Shown here: positions 8,555 to 17,081 of the stretch, piece by piece
Layout: the number at the start of each line of letters is the position of its first letter
Numbering within the stretch: position 1 is the stretch's first letter
Assembly (NCBI GenBank): GCA_004297985.1
Contig: SCRA01000032.1
Span: 1,851-65,850 of the forward strand
Length of the DNA stretch: 64,000 nt
Source: a bacterium
Lineage (GTDB): Bacteria; Vulcanimicrobiota; Vulcanimicrobiia; Vulcanimicrobiales; SCRA01
Direction: 5' to 3'
Position numbers and translations under genes: made by a program
Notes under the pieces: generated by a model
Database searches by the model: none
What the model was told of the DNA's origin: nothing
The model's input: the letters and a program-made list of their open reading frames with translations, nothing else

Positions 8555-9355
8555 TCATGGATCGACCCATCCCGCGGCGTCGTTGTCGATGACCGCGTTG
8601 TCGACCGGCTCCGTCTTGGTCTTGCCCGCGATCAGAGCCTCGAGCCTCCTCGTCGGTACGACCAGGGAGAACCCGCCCATCGCGCCGGACAGAATGCCGA
8701 CGACGCTGCCCTTGGCATTCCAGACCGCCGCCCCAGAGTAGCCCGGCTGGCACGACGGGCAGTCCATCGCGAAATCTCGCGCGGTCGCAGTCGTCGGGTT
8801 GTCGCCGCTCGACCGCTTCATCACGTTGGAGCCGACCGTATCGCCCGACGACTGGGCGGCTATGCCCCCTGCCAGGATCCAACGCCAGCGGCCTGGCGTT
8901 CCGTAGACCCAGAGCGGCTCGCCGAGGCGCGGTGCCGGCGCCAGGGACGCGAGCTGGTGGTCGTGCCCAGCCCGAACGTACAACAGCGCCAGGTCATCCT
9001 CGGCGTCGATCACCACACGCTCGATCTCACCCCTATCGCCGTCGCGGAACTCCACGTAGTCCGGCTTCGCGTCGGTCTGCTCCCCGGCCGGCTTCATCGA
9101 TAGGCCCTGCGCGTCGTACGTCGCGCAATGCCGTGCCGTCGCTATCTCGAGGAGCGGCCCATCGCGGCCGACCACGACGCCGCCGCAGTATTCAATGTTT
9201 CGCATGCCTTGCGATCGCCCAAGACCGCTCGCGGCAAATGCGCCATGCAGCAAGACCGACGACGCTTCGATGGCCACCGCGGGAGCCTGCTGCGCCGACG
9301 CCACGGACGGCAACGAAGTGATCACAGCCGCGAGAGCAAGATGGCGAATGTCCAT
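8555..9355 (-). CDS. Secreted trypsin-like (S1 family) serine protease
   Basis: Signal peptide ending ASA-QQ. Candidate triad contexts are TARHCA (His), DDLALLYV (Asp) and QPGYSGAAV (Ser). Confidence 0.7.
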   Translation of the reverse strand: MDIRHLALAAVITSLPSVASAQQAPAVAIEASSVLLHGAFAASGLGRSQGMRNIEYCGGVVVGRDGPLLEIATARHCATYDAQGLSMKPAGEQTDAKPDYVEFRDGDRGEIERVVIDAEDDLALLYVRAGHDHQLASLAPAPRLGEPLWVYGTPGRWRWILAGGIAAQSSGDTVGSNVMKRSSGDNPTTATARDFAMDCPSCQPGYSGAAVWNAKGSVVGILSGAMGGFSLVVPTRRLEALIAGKTKTEPVDNAVIDNDAAGWVDP

Positions 9356-9416
9356 GGCGCGTCTCCGAGTACGAGTCTAATCCCGGCTTCGCGCACGCGC
9401 AAGAGCCGGACGGGCA

Positions 9417-9490
9417 CTTCATTGTCAACGAAATAAAGATGTTGATAGATATATTTCCGCTGAATTAGATGCTTTACGAAATATTTAATC
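9417..9490. promoter_or_regulatory. Strongly AT-rich segment in the divergent protease/yifB intergenic region (probable promoter/UP-element region)
   Basis: The sequence cattgtcaacgaaataaagatgttgatagatatatttccgctgaattagatgctttacgaaatatttaatc stands out against the GC-rich background. It lies between two divergent starts (9355 and 9551). Confidence 0.5.
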
Positions 9491-9550
9491 CCCCGGTGCG
9501 TATTGGAGGAGCTTTCCAGGCTCGCCATCTCCCGCAGTAGGAGAAGCGAT

Positions 9551-11086
9551 ATGCTCGCACTCGGCTTCTCCGCCGCCATGCACGGGATCGACGGCTACGT
9601 TGTCCGCGTCGAGGCCGACGCCTCGCCGGGAACGCCGTCGTTCGTGCTCGTCGGCCTCCCCGATCGTTCCCTGGGAGAGGCGCGCGAGCGCGTCCGCGCC
9701 GCTATCACCAACTCAGGCTTCCGCTATCCCGCCGGACGTTTGATCGTCAACCTCGCGCCCGCGGACATCCGCAAGGAGGGCCCGGGCTTCGACCTCGCGC
9801 TGGCCTGCGCGCTGCTGGCCATCGACGAGCAAATCGAGCGCACGCTCTTGCAGGAGTTCGTGGTGCTGGGCGAGCTCGCGCTCGACGGCGCCGCGCAAGC
9901 GGTGACCGGCGTACTGCCGATGGTGCTCGGCGCGAAAGCCTGCGGCTTCACCAAGATCGTGCTGCCCGAGCGAAATTTCGAGGAGGCGGCGCTCGTCGAG
10001 GGGATCGAGCTCTATCCCGTGCGCACGCTGAGCGACGCCGTGGCCGTGTTCTGCGGCCACGGCGCGAAGTATCGGCGCACCATCGAGGCGCGGCCGGTCG
10101 GTGAAGCCGCGAGCTTCGTGCACGACTTCGCCGACGTGCGCGGGCAGGAGGGTGCCAAGCGCGCACTGGAGATCGCTGCCGCCGGCGGCCACAACGTGTT
10201 GTTGGTCGGCCCGCCCGGCTGCGGTAAGACGATGCTCTCGCGGTGCCTGCCATCTATCTTGCCGTCGATGACCGGCGAAGAGGCGCTGAAAGTCACCAAG
10301 CTCTACAGCGTTACCGGGCTGCTCTCCGCCGGCTCGGGCCTCGTGCGCGCGCGCCCGTTCCGCATGCCGCACCACACCATCACGCAGATCGCGCTGGTGG
10401 GCGGAGGCTCGCCGCCCAAGCCCGGCGAGATCAGCCTCGCCCATCACGGCGTGCTCATGCTCGACGAGCTCTTGGAATTCGGACGCGCCACCATCGAGGT
10501 GCTGCGCCAACCACTCGAGGAGGGCGCGGTCACCGTAGCGCGCGCCAGCGGCACGTTCACCTTCCCCGCGCGTTTCATGCTCGTCTGCAGCGCCAATCCC
10601 TGTCCCTGCGGCTACCGCGGCGACCCGCTGCGCGAGTGCCGTTGCGACGGCGCCACCGTGGCGCGCTACGCGGCCAAGCTCTCCGGGCCGCTGCTCGACC
10701 GGCTCGATCTTCAGATCGACGTGCCGCGCGTGCCGCTGGACGATCTCATGCGCCGCACACCCGCCGAGCCGTCGAGCGCCGTTCGTGCGCGCGTGGAAGC
10801 GGCACGGGCCCGTCAACAGGCGCGCTATGCGGGCAGCGGCATCTTCGCCAACGGCCAGATCCCCAGCGCGCTCGCGGCGCAGCACTGCCGTCTCGATGCC
10901 GAAGGTGCGGCGCTGCTGCGCGCCGCCACGACGGCCAAGCGCCTCTCGGCACGCGGCTACGACCGCATCCTGCGCGTGGCGCGCACCATCGCCGATCTCG
11001 CCGGTACGGAGACGATCGACGCGGGCCACGTCGGTGAGGCGATCCAGTATCGCTCGCTCGAGCGTCTATCCGCGAAAGCGGCGTAG
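9551..11086 (+). CDS. YifB/ComM family Mg-chelatase-like AAA+ ATPase
   Basis: MLALGFSAAMHGIDGY N-terminus (Lon-like ChlI N-domain), Walker A GPPGCGKTM, and a Cys cluster CSANPCPCGY...CRC. ATG 9551 is preceded by an AGGAGAAG SD. Confidence 0.9.
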   Translation: MLALGFSAAMHGIDGYVVRVEADASPGTPSFVLVGLPDRSLGEARERVRAAITNSGFRYPAGRLIVNLAPADIRKEGPGFDLALACALLAIDEQIERTLLQEFVVLGELALDGAAQAVTGVLPMVLGAKACGFTKIVLPERNFEEAALVEGIELYPVRTLSDAVAVFCGHGAKYRRTIEARPVGEAASFVHDFADVRGQEGAKRALEIAAAGGHNVLLVGPPGCGKTMLSRCLPSILPSMTGEEALKVTKLYSVTGLLSAGSGLVRARPFRMPHHTITQIALVGGGSPPKPGEISLAHHGVLMLDELLEFGRATIEVLRQPLEEGAVTVARASGTFTFPARFMLVCSANPCPCGYRGDPLRECRCDGATVARYAAKLSGPLLDRLDLQIDVPRVPLDDLMRRTPAEPSSAVRARVEAARARQQARYAGSGIFANGQIPSALAAQHCRLDAEGAALLRAATTAKRLSARGYDRILRVARTIADLAGTETIDAGHVGEAIQYRSLERLSAKAA

Positions 11087-11315
11087 CGCACCACCGCGGA
11101 CGCCGCCCCGAAGCGCCCCCCGCCTCGCCCGTCATTCATATGTCGCCAGGGTGCCGAGGAGCCGCGAACGAAGGGGCGTCTGCATCATTCAGACTGTCGC
11201 TCGTTCGTATCGTATGGTATCCTGAACCCATCGGCGTCGCCCCTGCATCCGAACAAGAGTCGAGCGGAGCACGGGACGGTTAGACCGATACGGCGTATTC
11301 CGGGGAGACGACCGT

Positions 11316-13916
11316 ATGGCCACTGATTCGCCTCTAGACGCCGAAGAGCGCGTGCGCCTCCTCCTGGCGCAGGTCCCCGCGCTCATGTGGACGACGGACG
11401 CTCAATTGCGCTTCACGTCGTCGCACGGTTCCGCGCTCGCTCCGCCAAGCTTCGCGCCCGATCATATGCTCGGCCGAACGCTCTACGAGCTTCTGGGCAC
11501 GGACAACTCCAGTCACCCGGTCGTCGCTATGCACCTCGCCGCGCTCGCCGGAACACCGGCGACCGGCGAGGTCCGATTTGCCGATCGCGACTTCCACTGC
11601 TCCGTGCAGCCACTTACCAAAACCGGCGATGCGGCAACCGGTACGGTCGGCATCGCCATCGACGTCACGGAGCGCAAACGCTCGGAAGAGGAGGTGCGCC
11701 GGCAACGCAGCCTTACGCGCGCCATGACCGCCACGTTGGCCGACGGCTTGCTGGTTATCGACGAGCGACTCGACGTCACCTTTGCGAACGAGGCGGCCGA
11801 ACGGATGCTGGGCATCAACTTGGGCGAGATACTCGGGCGCAATATCTACGATCTCATGCGCCCCATCCGCCACGATGGGATGCCCATCACCGCCGGCGAC
11901 TCGGACATGCTGGCCGCACTGCGCCGCGGCAAGAGCGCCTCGAGCGACCCCGTGCGCCCAACATCGTACACACGACGAGACGGTACGCGCTTTCCCGTAC
12001 TGGTGACTGCGGCTCCCATCGTCGGAGAACACGGCTCCAGCGGCGCCGTCTTCTCCTTTCGCGACATCAGCGACGCCCACACGATGCAGCAGGAGCTGGT
12101 AGCGGCCACGGAACGCGCCCGCAGGCGCGAGCTGGCGCTCACCACACTATGGCGTCTGGTGGGCCGGCAGGACCTGGACCCCGGAACGCTCTCACACGCC
12201 ATCCTCATCGAAGGTGGGCGTGCCCTGGGCCTGGAGCGCGGCAGCGTGGTGCACGTCGACGGAGAACTCTGCGTGGTCGACTACCTCGAGAACTTCGGCG
12301 ATCCCTCGCGCTATGCCAGACTCCCGCTCGCGGAGTCGGCCGCGGAGCTGGTGCTCTCGCATGGCCAAACCTACTCCTCGCCCGATCTCGCACAGGTGGA
12401 GAAGGGCCGCCATCGGCTTGCCGTGACGGAGCACGGAATTCGCGCGTACATCGGTGCGATGTTCAGGGTCGGCAAGCGCACGTACGTGCTCTCGTTCGCC
12501 TCCGCGACGCCGCACGAAAAGCCGTTCGACGAGGAGGATCACACCTACATCGAGCTGCTCGCCGGCTTCTTCTCGCGCCATCTCTTGACGCGTCAGCAGC
12601 AGGAATGGATCGTCGAGCTAGCGTCGATCGATCCCTTGACCGGCCTGCCGAACCGCACGTTCTTCTCGCGTTACATCTCCGACCGTATCTCGGGCGAACA
12701 GGAAGGCGAGACAGGCTTCGCCGTTCTAGCCATCGGGCTGGATCGCTTCAAAGCCATCAACAGCGCGCTCGGACACAACGCCGGTGACCGCATCTTGCTC
12801 GAGGCCAGCGCGCGCATGCGCGGCATCGTACGCGGCGACGCCGTTCTGGCGCGCCTAGGCGACGACGAATTCGCCGTCCTCCTCCCGCACCTGTCCTCGC
12901 GTTATGCCGCGGAGCACGTGGCGCGGCGCATCTGCGAGGCACTGGCCGCACCGTTCATCGTGGGAGACGAGACGGTACATCTCTCCGCCAGCGTGGGCGT
13001 CGTCATCACGAAGGATCACACGCACACCGACGAGCTGCTGCTCCAAGCGGACGTCGCAATGCACCGCGTCAAGGACGACGGGCGTAACGGCTTCCGCATC
13101 TACAGCAACGATCTCGCGCTGCAGGTATCGCGCCGGCGTCGCCTAGAGACGGGATTACGCAAGGCGATCGCCAACCAGGAGTTCACCCTCGTCTTTCAGC
13201 CGTTCGTGAATCTCGTCTCACACTCGGTCGTCGGTGCGGAGGCGCTCATCCGCTGGCAGCGGCCGGGGTTCGGCGTCGTCAACCCGGATGAGTTCATCGG
13301 CTTAGCGGAGGAGTCCGGACTGATCGTCCCCATCGGTTCGTGGGCGCTGGCAGCCGCCTGCGCGCAGGCCAAGCACTGGAGTGCGCTGGGCATGGCCCTG
13401 CGCATCGCGGTCAACATCTCCGCGCGCCAACTTCAGGATCCCTCGTTCCTCTCCGAGGTCGAGGAGGCACTCGCGCAGAGCGGCGTCGACCCTTCGATGA
13501 TCGGGTTGGAGATCACCGAAAGCGTCGCGGTGGTCGATCTGTTGGCAACACGGCGCATCCTCCAACACTGCCGTGACCTCGGACTGCGCATCGCGCTGGA
13601 CGACTTCGGCACCAGGTACTCCTCGCTGGCCTACATCCGCGAGCTCCCCATCGATACGATCAAAGTCGACCGTCGCTTCGTGGAGGGCCTCCCCGCCGAC
13701 CGCACCTCCGCCGCGATCACGCGCGCCATCATCGCCTTCGGGAGCAGCCTAGGCTTCGACACGCTCGCCGAAGGCATCGAGACCGCGGAGCAGGAGCACT
13801 GGCTGGCGCGCGAGGGCTGCCGCACGGCGCAGGGCTTTCTCTTCGCCAAGCCGATGGCGCCCGCAGCCTTCGAACAATGGCTCGACGCGTGGCCTCATCG
13901 AAGCACCGTCGCATGA
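11316..13916 (+). CDS. PAS-PAS-GAF-GGDEF-EAL signalling protein (c-di-GMP turnover)
   Basis: The GGDEF domain has the variant signature RLGDDEF. The EAL domain has EALIRW, DDFGTRYSS and KVDR motifs. N-terminal PAS-like and GAF-like segments are present. Confidence 0.9.
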   Translation: MATDSPLDAEERVRLLLAQVPALMWTTDAQLRFTSSHGSALAPPSFAPDHMLGRTLYELLGTDNSSHPVVAMHLAALAGTPATGEVRFADRDFHCSVQPLTKTGDAATGTVGIAIDVTERKRSEEEVRRQRSLTRAMTATLADGLLVIDERLDVTFANEAAERMLGINLGEILGRNIYDLMRPIRHDGMPITAGDSDMLAALRRGKSASSDPVRPTSYTRRDGTRFPVLVTAAPIVGEHGSSGAVFSFRDISDAHTMQQELVAATERARRRELALTTLWRLVGRQDLDPGTLSHAILIEGGRALGLERGSVVHVDGELCVVDYLENFGDPSRYARLPLAESAAELVLSHGQTYSSPDLAQVEKGRHRLAVTEHGIRAYIGAMFRVGKRTYVLSFASATPHEKPFDEEDHTYIELLAGFFSRHLLTRQQQEWIVELASIDPLTGLPNRTFFSRYISDRISGEQEGETGFAVLAIGLDRFKAINSALGHNAGDRILLEASARMRGIVRGDAVLARLGDDEFAVLLPHLSSRYAAEHVARRICEALAAPFIVGDETVHLSASVGVVITKDHTHTDELLLQADVAMHRVKDDGRNGFRIYSNDLALQVSRRRRLETGLRKAIANQEFTLVFQPFVNLVSHSVVGAEALIRWQRPGFGVVNPDEFIGLAEESGLIVPIGSWALAAACAQAKHWSALGMALRIAVNISARQLQDPSFLSEVEEALAQSGVDPSMIGLEITESVAVVDLLATRRILQHCRDLGLRIALDDFGTRYSSLAYIRELPIDTIKVDRRFVEGLPADRTSAAITRAIIAFGSSLGFDTLAEGIETAEQEHWLAREGCRTAQGFLFAKPMAPAAFEQWLDAWPHRSTVA

Positions 13917-14809
13917 GTCAAACGTTAACCCATCGCTTGCCGTTCGACGCTGCGGCAATGCTGGAATATTGGCACCGCGATCCGCACGACGCTGTGGACG
14001 TGGTCGAAGGCGCCACCTACCGGCGCGTCGTCACCCTCAACGGCAACCGTACCGCACTCGAGCTGCATCTCGAGGACGGAGTCATCGCGCTACGCTCCGC
14101 CGCCTGGGAACGAGCACCACGCGCAAGCGAGCGTGCCGCCCTGCGCGAGGTAGCCGCACACATGGTAGGCGCGGACGTCGACCTCGCGGCCTTCGCTCGA
14201 GCCGTAGCCGGCGATCCCAAGATGGCAGCGCTGGAGCGGCGCTTCGTCGGCGTCAAAGTGCCGCAGACGCCCACGCCCTTCGACGCGCTGCTGTGGGCGA
14301 TTCTCGGCCAACAGATCACCACCGCCCTCGCCCACGCCCTCAAACGCAAGCTCGCCACGACCTACGGCGAGTCGATGCTCGTCCGCGGCACCGCGCGCCA
14401 TACCTTCCCTTCGCCGGAGCGCTTGGCGGTGCTCGATACCGAGGCGCTCGGCGCCATCGGCACCACGCGTGCGAAGTCGCGTGCTATCGTGGAGGCCGCG
14501 CGCGCCGTCGTCGAGGGCAGCCTCGACTTCGAGGCGATCGCGCGCCTGGAGACGGAGGCGCTCATCGTGCAGCTCTGCCGGCTGCGTGGCGTCGGGCGCT
14601 GGACGGCCGAGTACGTGGCGATGCGGGGCTTCGCACGCACCGACAGCCTTCCCGCGGGAGACGTTGCACTCCAGCGCGCGGCGGGTGCGGTATACGGCAA
14701 ACAGTACGCCGATCCCGAAGGTCTTCGCCGCCTCGCCGGGCGCTGGCGCGGCTGGGAGTCGTACGCGACCTTCTACCTCTGGCGTTCGCTCGCCAGGCCT
14801 GCCGGTTAG
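13913..14809 (+). CDS. DNA-3-methyladenine glycosylase II-like (AlkA family, HhH-GPD)
   Basis: HhH-GPD region LRGVGRWTAEYVAMRGF. ATG 13913 overlaps the upstream stop (ATGA). Confidence 0.8.
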   Translation: MSQTLTHRLPFDAAAMLEYWHRDPHDAVDVVEGATYRRVVTLNGNRTALELHLEDGVIALRSAAWERAPRASERAALREVAAHMVGADVDLAAFARAVAGDPKMAALERRFVGVKVPQTPTPFDALLWAILGQQITTALAHALKRKLATTYGESMLVRGTARHTFPSPERLAVLDTEALGAIGTTRAKSRAIVEAARAVVEGSLDFEAIARLETEALIVQLCRLRGVGRWTAEYVAMRGFARTDSLPAGDVALQRAAGAVYGKQYADPEGLRRLAGRWRGWESYATFYLWRSLARPAG

Positions 14810-14878
14810 CTTCTTCGCACCTTCGCGTGCCCTTCAAGCTGTGCGGCTACGGTGGGCGCATACGGGAGGGCGATGTGC

Positions 14879-15646
14879 ATGAAGCGAGTTGAGGGCAAGG
14901 TGGCGCTCGTGACCGGGGGCGCCATGGGCATCGGAAATGCCTGCGCTCTGCTGTTGGCCCGCGAGGGCGCGCGGGTGGTCGTCAGCGATGTGGACGAACG
15001 CGACGGTGCTCAGGTGGCGCGCGAGGTCGCTGCGCTCACGGAGGGAACCTTCGTCGCGCACGGCGTGGCCTCCGAGGCGGCGTGGGAGGCGGCGATCGAC
15101 CAAACTCTTCGGCGCTTCGGGCGCCTGGACGTGGTGGTCAACAACGCCGGCACCGGAACGACGGGCCACGTCGAGGAGACCACGCTCGAGAGCTGGCGCC
15201 ATCTGATGTCGATCAACTGCGACGGCGTCTTCCTGGGGATCAAACATGCGATCCGCGCGATGAAGGCCTCCGGCGGCGGCTCGATCATCAACCTCTCGTC
15301 GATCTTGGGACTGGTGGGCGACGCCGGCGCCGCGGCGTACAGCGCCAGCAAAGGGGCCGTTCGGCTGCTCACCAAGTCCGCAGCCCTCCACTGCGCGCGC
15401 GCCGGCTACCGCATCCGCGTCAACTCCGTGCATCCCGGCTACATCGTGACGCCGATGGTGGAGCACTACTTGAGCGTGCAGAGCGATCCGGTGGCGGCGC
15501 GCAAAGCTATCGAAGCCTTGCACCCCGTTGGCCACCTAGGCGAGGCCGATGACGTCGCCTACGGCGTCCTCTACCTTGCCTCCGACGAATCGAGATTCGT
15601 CACCGGGTCCGAGTTGGTGATCGACGGCGGGTACACCGCGCAGTAG
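14879..15646 (+). CDS. SDR-family oxidoreductase
   Basis: TGGAMGIGNA cofactor motif, NNAG, and catalytic YSASKGAV. ATG 14879 lies 8 nt after a GGGAGGG SD. Confidence 0.9.
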   Translation: MKRVEGKVALVTGGAMGIGNACALLLAREGARVVVSDVDERDGAQVAREVAALTEGTFVAHGVASEAAWEAAIDQTLRRFGRLDVVVNNAGTGTTGHVEETTLESWRHLMSINCDGVFLGIKHAIRAMKASGGGSIINLSSILGLVGDAGAAAYSASKGAVRLLTKSAALHCARAGYRIRVNSVHPGYIVTPMVEHYLSVQSDPVAARKAIEALHPVGHLGEADDVAYGVLYLASDESRFVTGSELVIDGGYTAQ

Positions 15647-15699
15647 CGGCGCGTTTTCACGCAAATGGTCGAAGAGACGGCGCAGGGAATACCCGGCAC

Positions 15700-16557
15700 A
15701 TGGAGCGCCTGTTGCACGGGATCGACGCCCTCTTACTCGGCCGGATCGAAGAGGCGCGTGCCAGCTTCGAAAGCCTCCTCCACGATGTGGAGGAGCCGAT
15801 CGCTCATCGCCTCCTGGACCTCGTGGAGTCGCTGAGCCGGCGCGAGCGGCTGCAGGCGACCTACCTCGCGACACTGCGCCATGAGATCGGCAATCCGCTC
15901 TCCGTCGCGCAGGCTACCCTCGAAGGTATCGTCGACGGCGTTATGGAGCCGCAACGCGATCGCATGCGAGGCGTGCTGGCCGCGGTCCAGGCGGCCAGTG
16001 CTCTGCTCAACGACATGGCGCGCGAGCCCAAGGCAGTTGAGGAGCTGCTGCCGATCCGCCTCGAGACCTTCAACATCTGCGCGCTGATGAACGAGCAGGC
16101 AGAGTCGGTCACCGGAGCGGCGCGGGCCAAGGGCGTCGAATTGATCTACCGTCAGTGTAGCGTTGCCGAGTTCGGTGAGTGCATGTACTTCCATGGCGAC
16201 GCCCGGCGGGTCGGCCAGATCCTACAGAACGTGCTGCTCAACGCCGTGCGCTATACGCCGCCCGGCGGCGTGATCGAGTTCACGTGCGACAATCCGGAAG
16301 ACGACCTCATCGTCACGATCACCGATACGGGCCCCGGCATCGCAGATGCCGATCTGCCTCACGTCTTCGAGCAGGGCTACCGAGGCGAGCGAGCGCACCG
16401 TACCCAGGGGTCCGGCTTGGGGTTGGCCGTGGTGGCCGATCTCTTGGCCAAACTCGGGGGATCGGCGCGCGTCGCCTCGCGCGAGGGGAAAGGGACGACG
16501 TTCGTCATCTCGCTGCCCGCCGCACGGTTGGAGCGCGTCCCCCGCGGCGTCTCCTGA
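15700..16557 (+). CDS. Soluble sensor histidine kinase (HisKA + HATPase_c), no adjacent response regulator
   Basis: H-box LRHEIGNPLSV, N-box NAVRYTPPGG, and G-boxes DTGPGI / GSGLGLAVV. No hydrophobic segment is visible. Confidence 0.8.
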   Translation: MERLLHGIDALLLGRIEEARASFESLLHDVEEPIAHRLLDLVESLSRRERLQATYLATLRHEIGNPLSVAQATLEGIVDGVMEPQRDRMRGVLAAVQAASALLNDMAREPKAVEELLPIRLETFNICALMNEQAESVTGAARAKGVELIYRQCSVAEFGECMYFHGDARRVGQILQNVLLNAVRYTPPGGVIEFTCDNPEDDLIVTITDTGPGIADADLPHVFEQGYRGERAHRTQGSGLGLAVVADLLAKLGGSARVASREGKGTTFVISLPAARLERVPRGVS

Positions 16558-16649
16558 ATCCCTTCACCGCTTCTTCGCGAACGCCCCTTACCGCTTTGGT
16601 ATCCCTCTTTCAACCGACTCAACGCAAGGTCTTCAAGGGGGTACGCACC

Positions 16650-17081
16650 ATGGCGACGGGACATGTCGCACTCTTCGACAGCGCTGCGCAGGACGCCGGC
16701 TCCTGGCTCAACGACATCATGATCGAGCTCGAGTGGAGTGACCGCCATCTCGCGCTGCAAGCACTGCGCGGCACGCTGCACGCAGTGCGCGATCACCTTC
16801 CCCTCGAGTTGTCGGCCCATCTCGCGGCGCAACTTCCCACGTTGATCCGCGGTATCTACTTCGAGAACTGGAGGCCGAGCGAGACGCCGGTACGCGACCG
16901 CAACCGTGCGGACTTCTTGATGCGCGTCTCGGAGGCCATCACGCAGGACGTCGACGACGACGAGATCGTGGCGATTGCAGGCGCGGTGCTGCGCGTGCTG
17001 GAGCTGCGCATCTCCGAAGGCGAGGCGCTAAAGGTTTTCGAGGCTCTGCCAAAGTCGATCCGCGAATTGCGCGGGGGTTAG
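16650..17081 (+). CDS. DUF2267-like protein
   Basis: 143-aa C-terminal part of track ORF 16179..17081, starting at ATG 16650. The sequence (WLNDIMIEL...[17 protein letters not shown]...[16 protein letters not shown]) resembles the DUF2267 family as I recall it. Confidence 0.6.
   Translation: MATGHVALFDSAAQDAGSWLNDIMIELEWSDRHLALQALRGTLHAVRDHLPLELSAHLAAQLPTLIRGIYFENWRPSETPVRDRNRADFLMRVSEAITQDVDDDEIVAIAGAVLRVLELRISEGEALKVFEALPKSIRELRGG

Noticed and set aside
9322-9579. 85-aa minus-strand ORF running through the AT-rich island.
   Set aside because: - It overlaps both the protease start and the yifB start.
- Its open frame exists only because it spans the spacer.
- It has no SD and no family resemblance.
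11087-11315. 229-nt spacer before the GGDEF/EAL gene: a candidate small ORF (ATG at about 11141, around 46 aa) or a c-di-GMP riboswitch.
   Set aside because: - The ORF has no SD and a junk-like product.
- I see no GEMM-like conserved helices.
- It probably holds just a promoter (a TTCAGA ... TATGGT-like pair near 11189-11219) and a 5' UTR.
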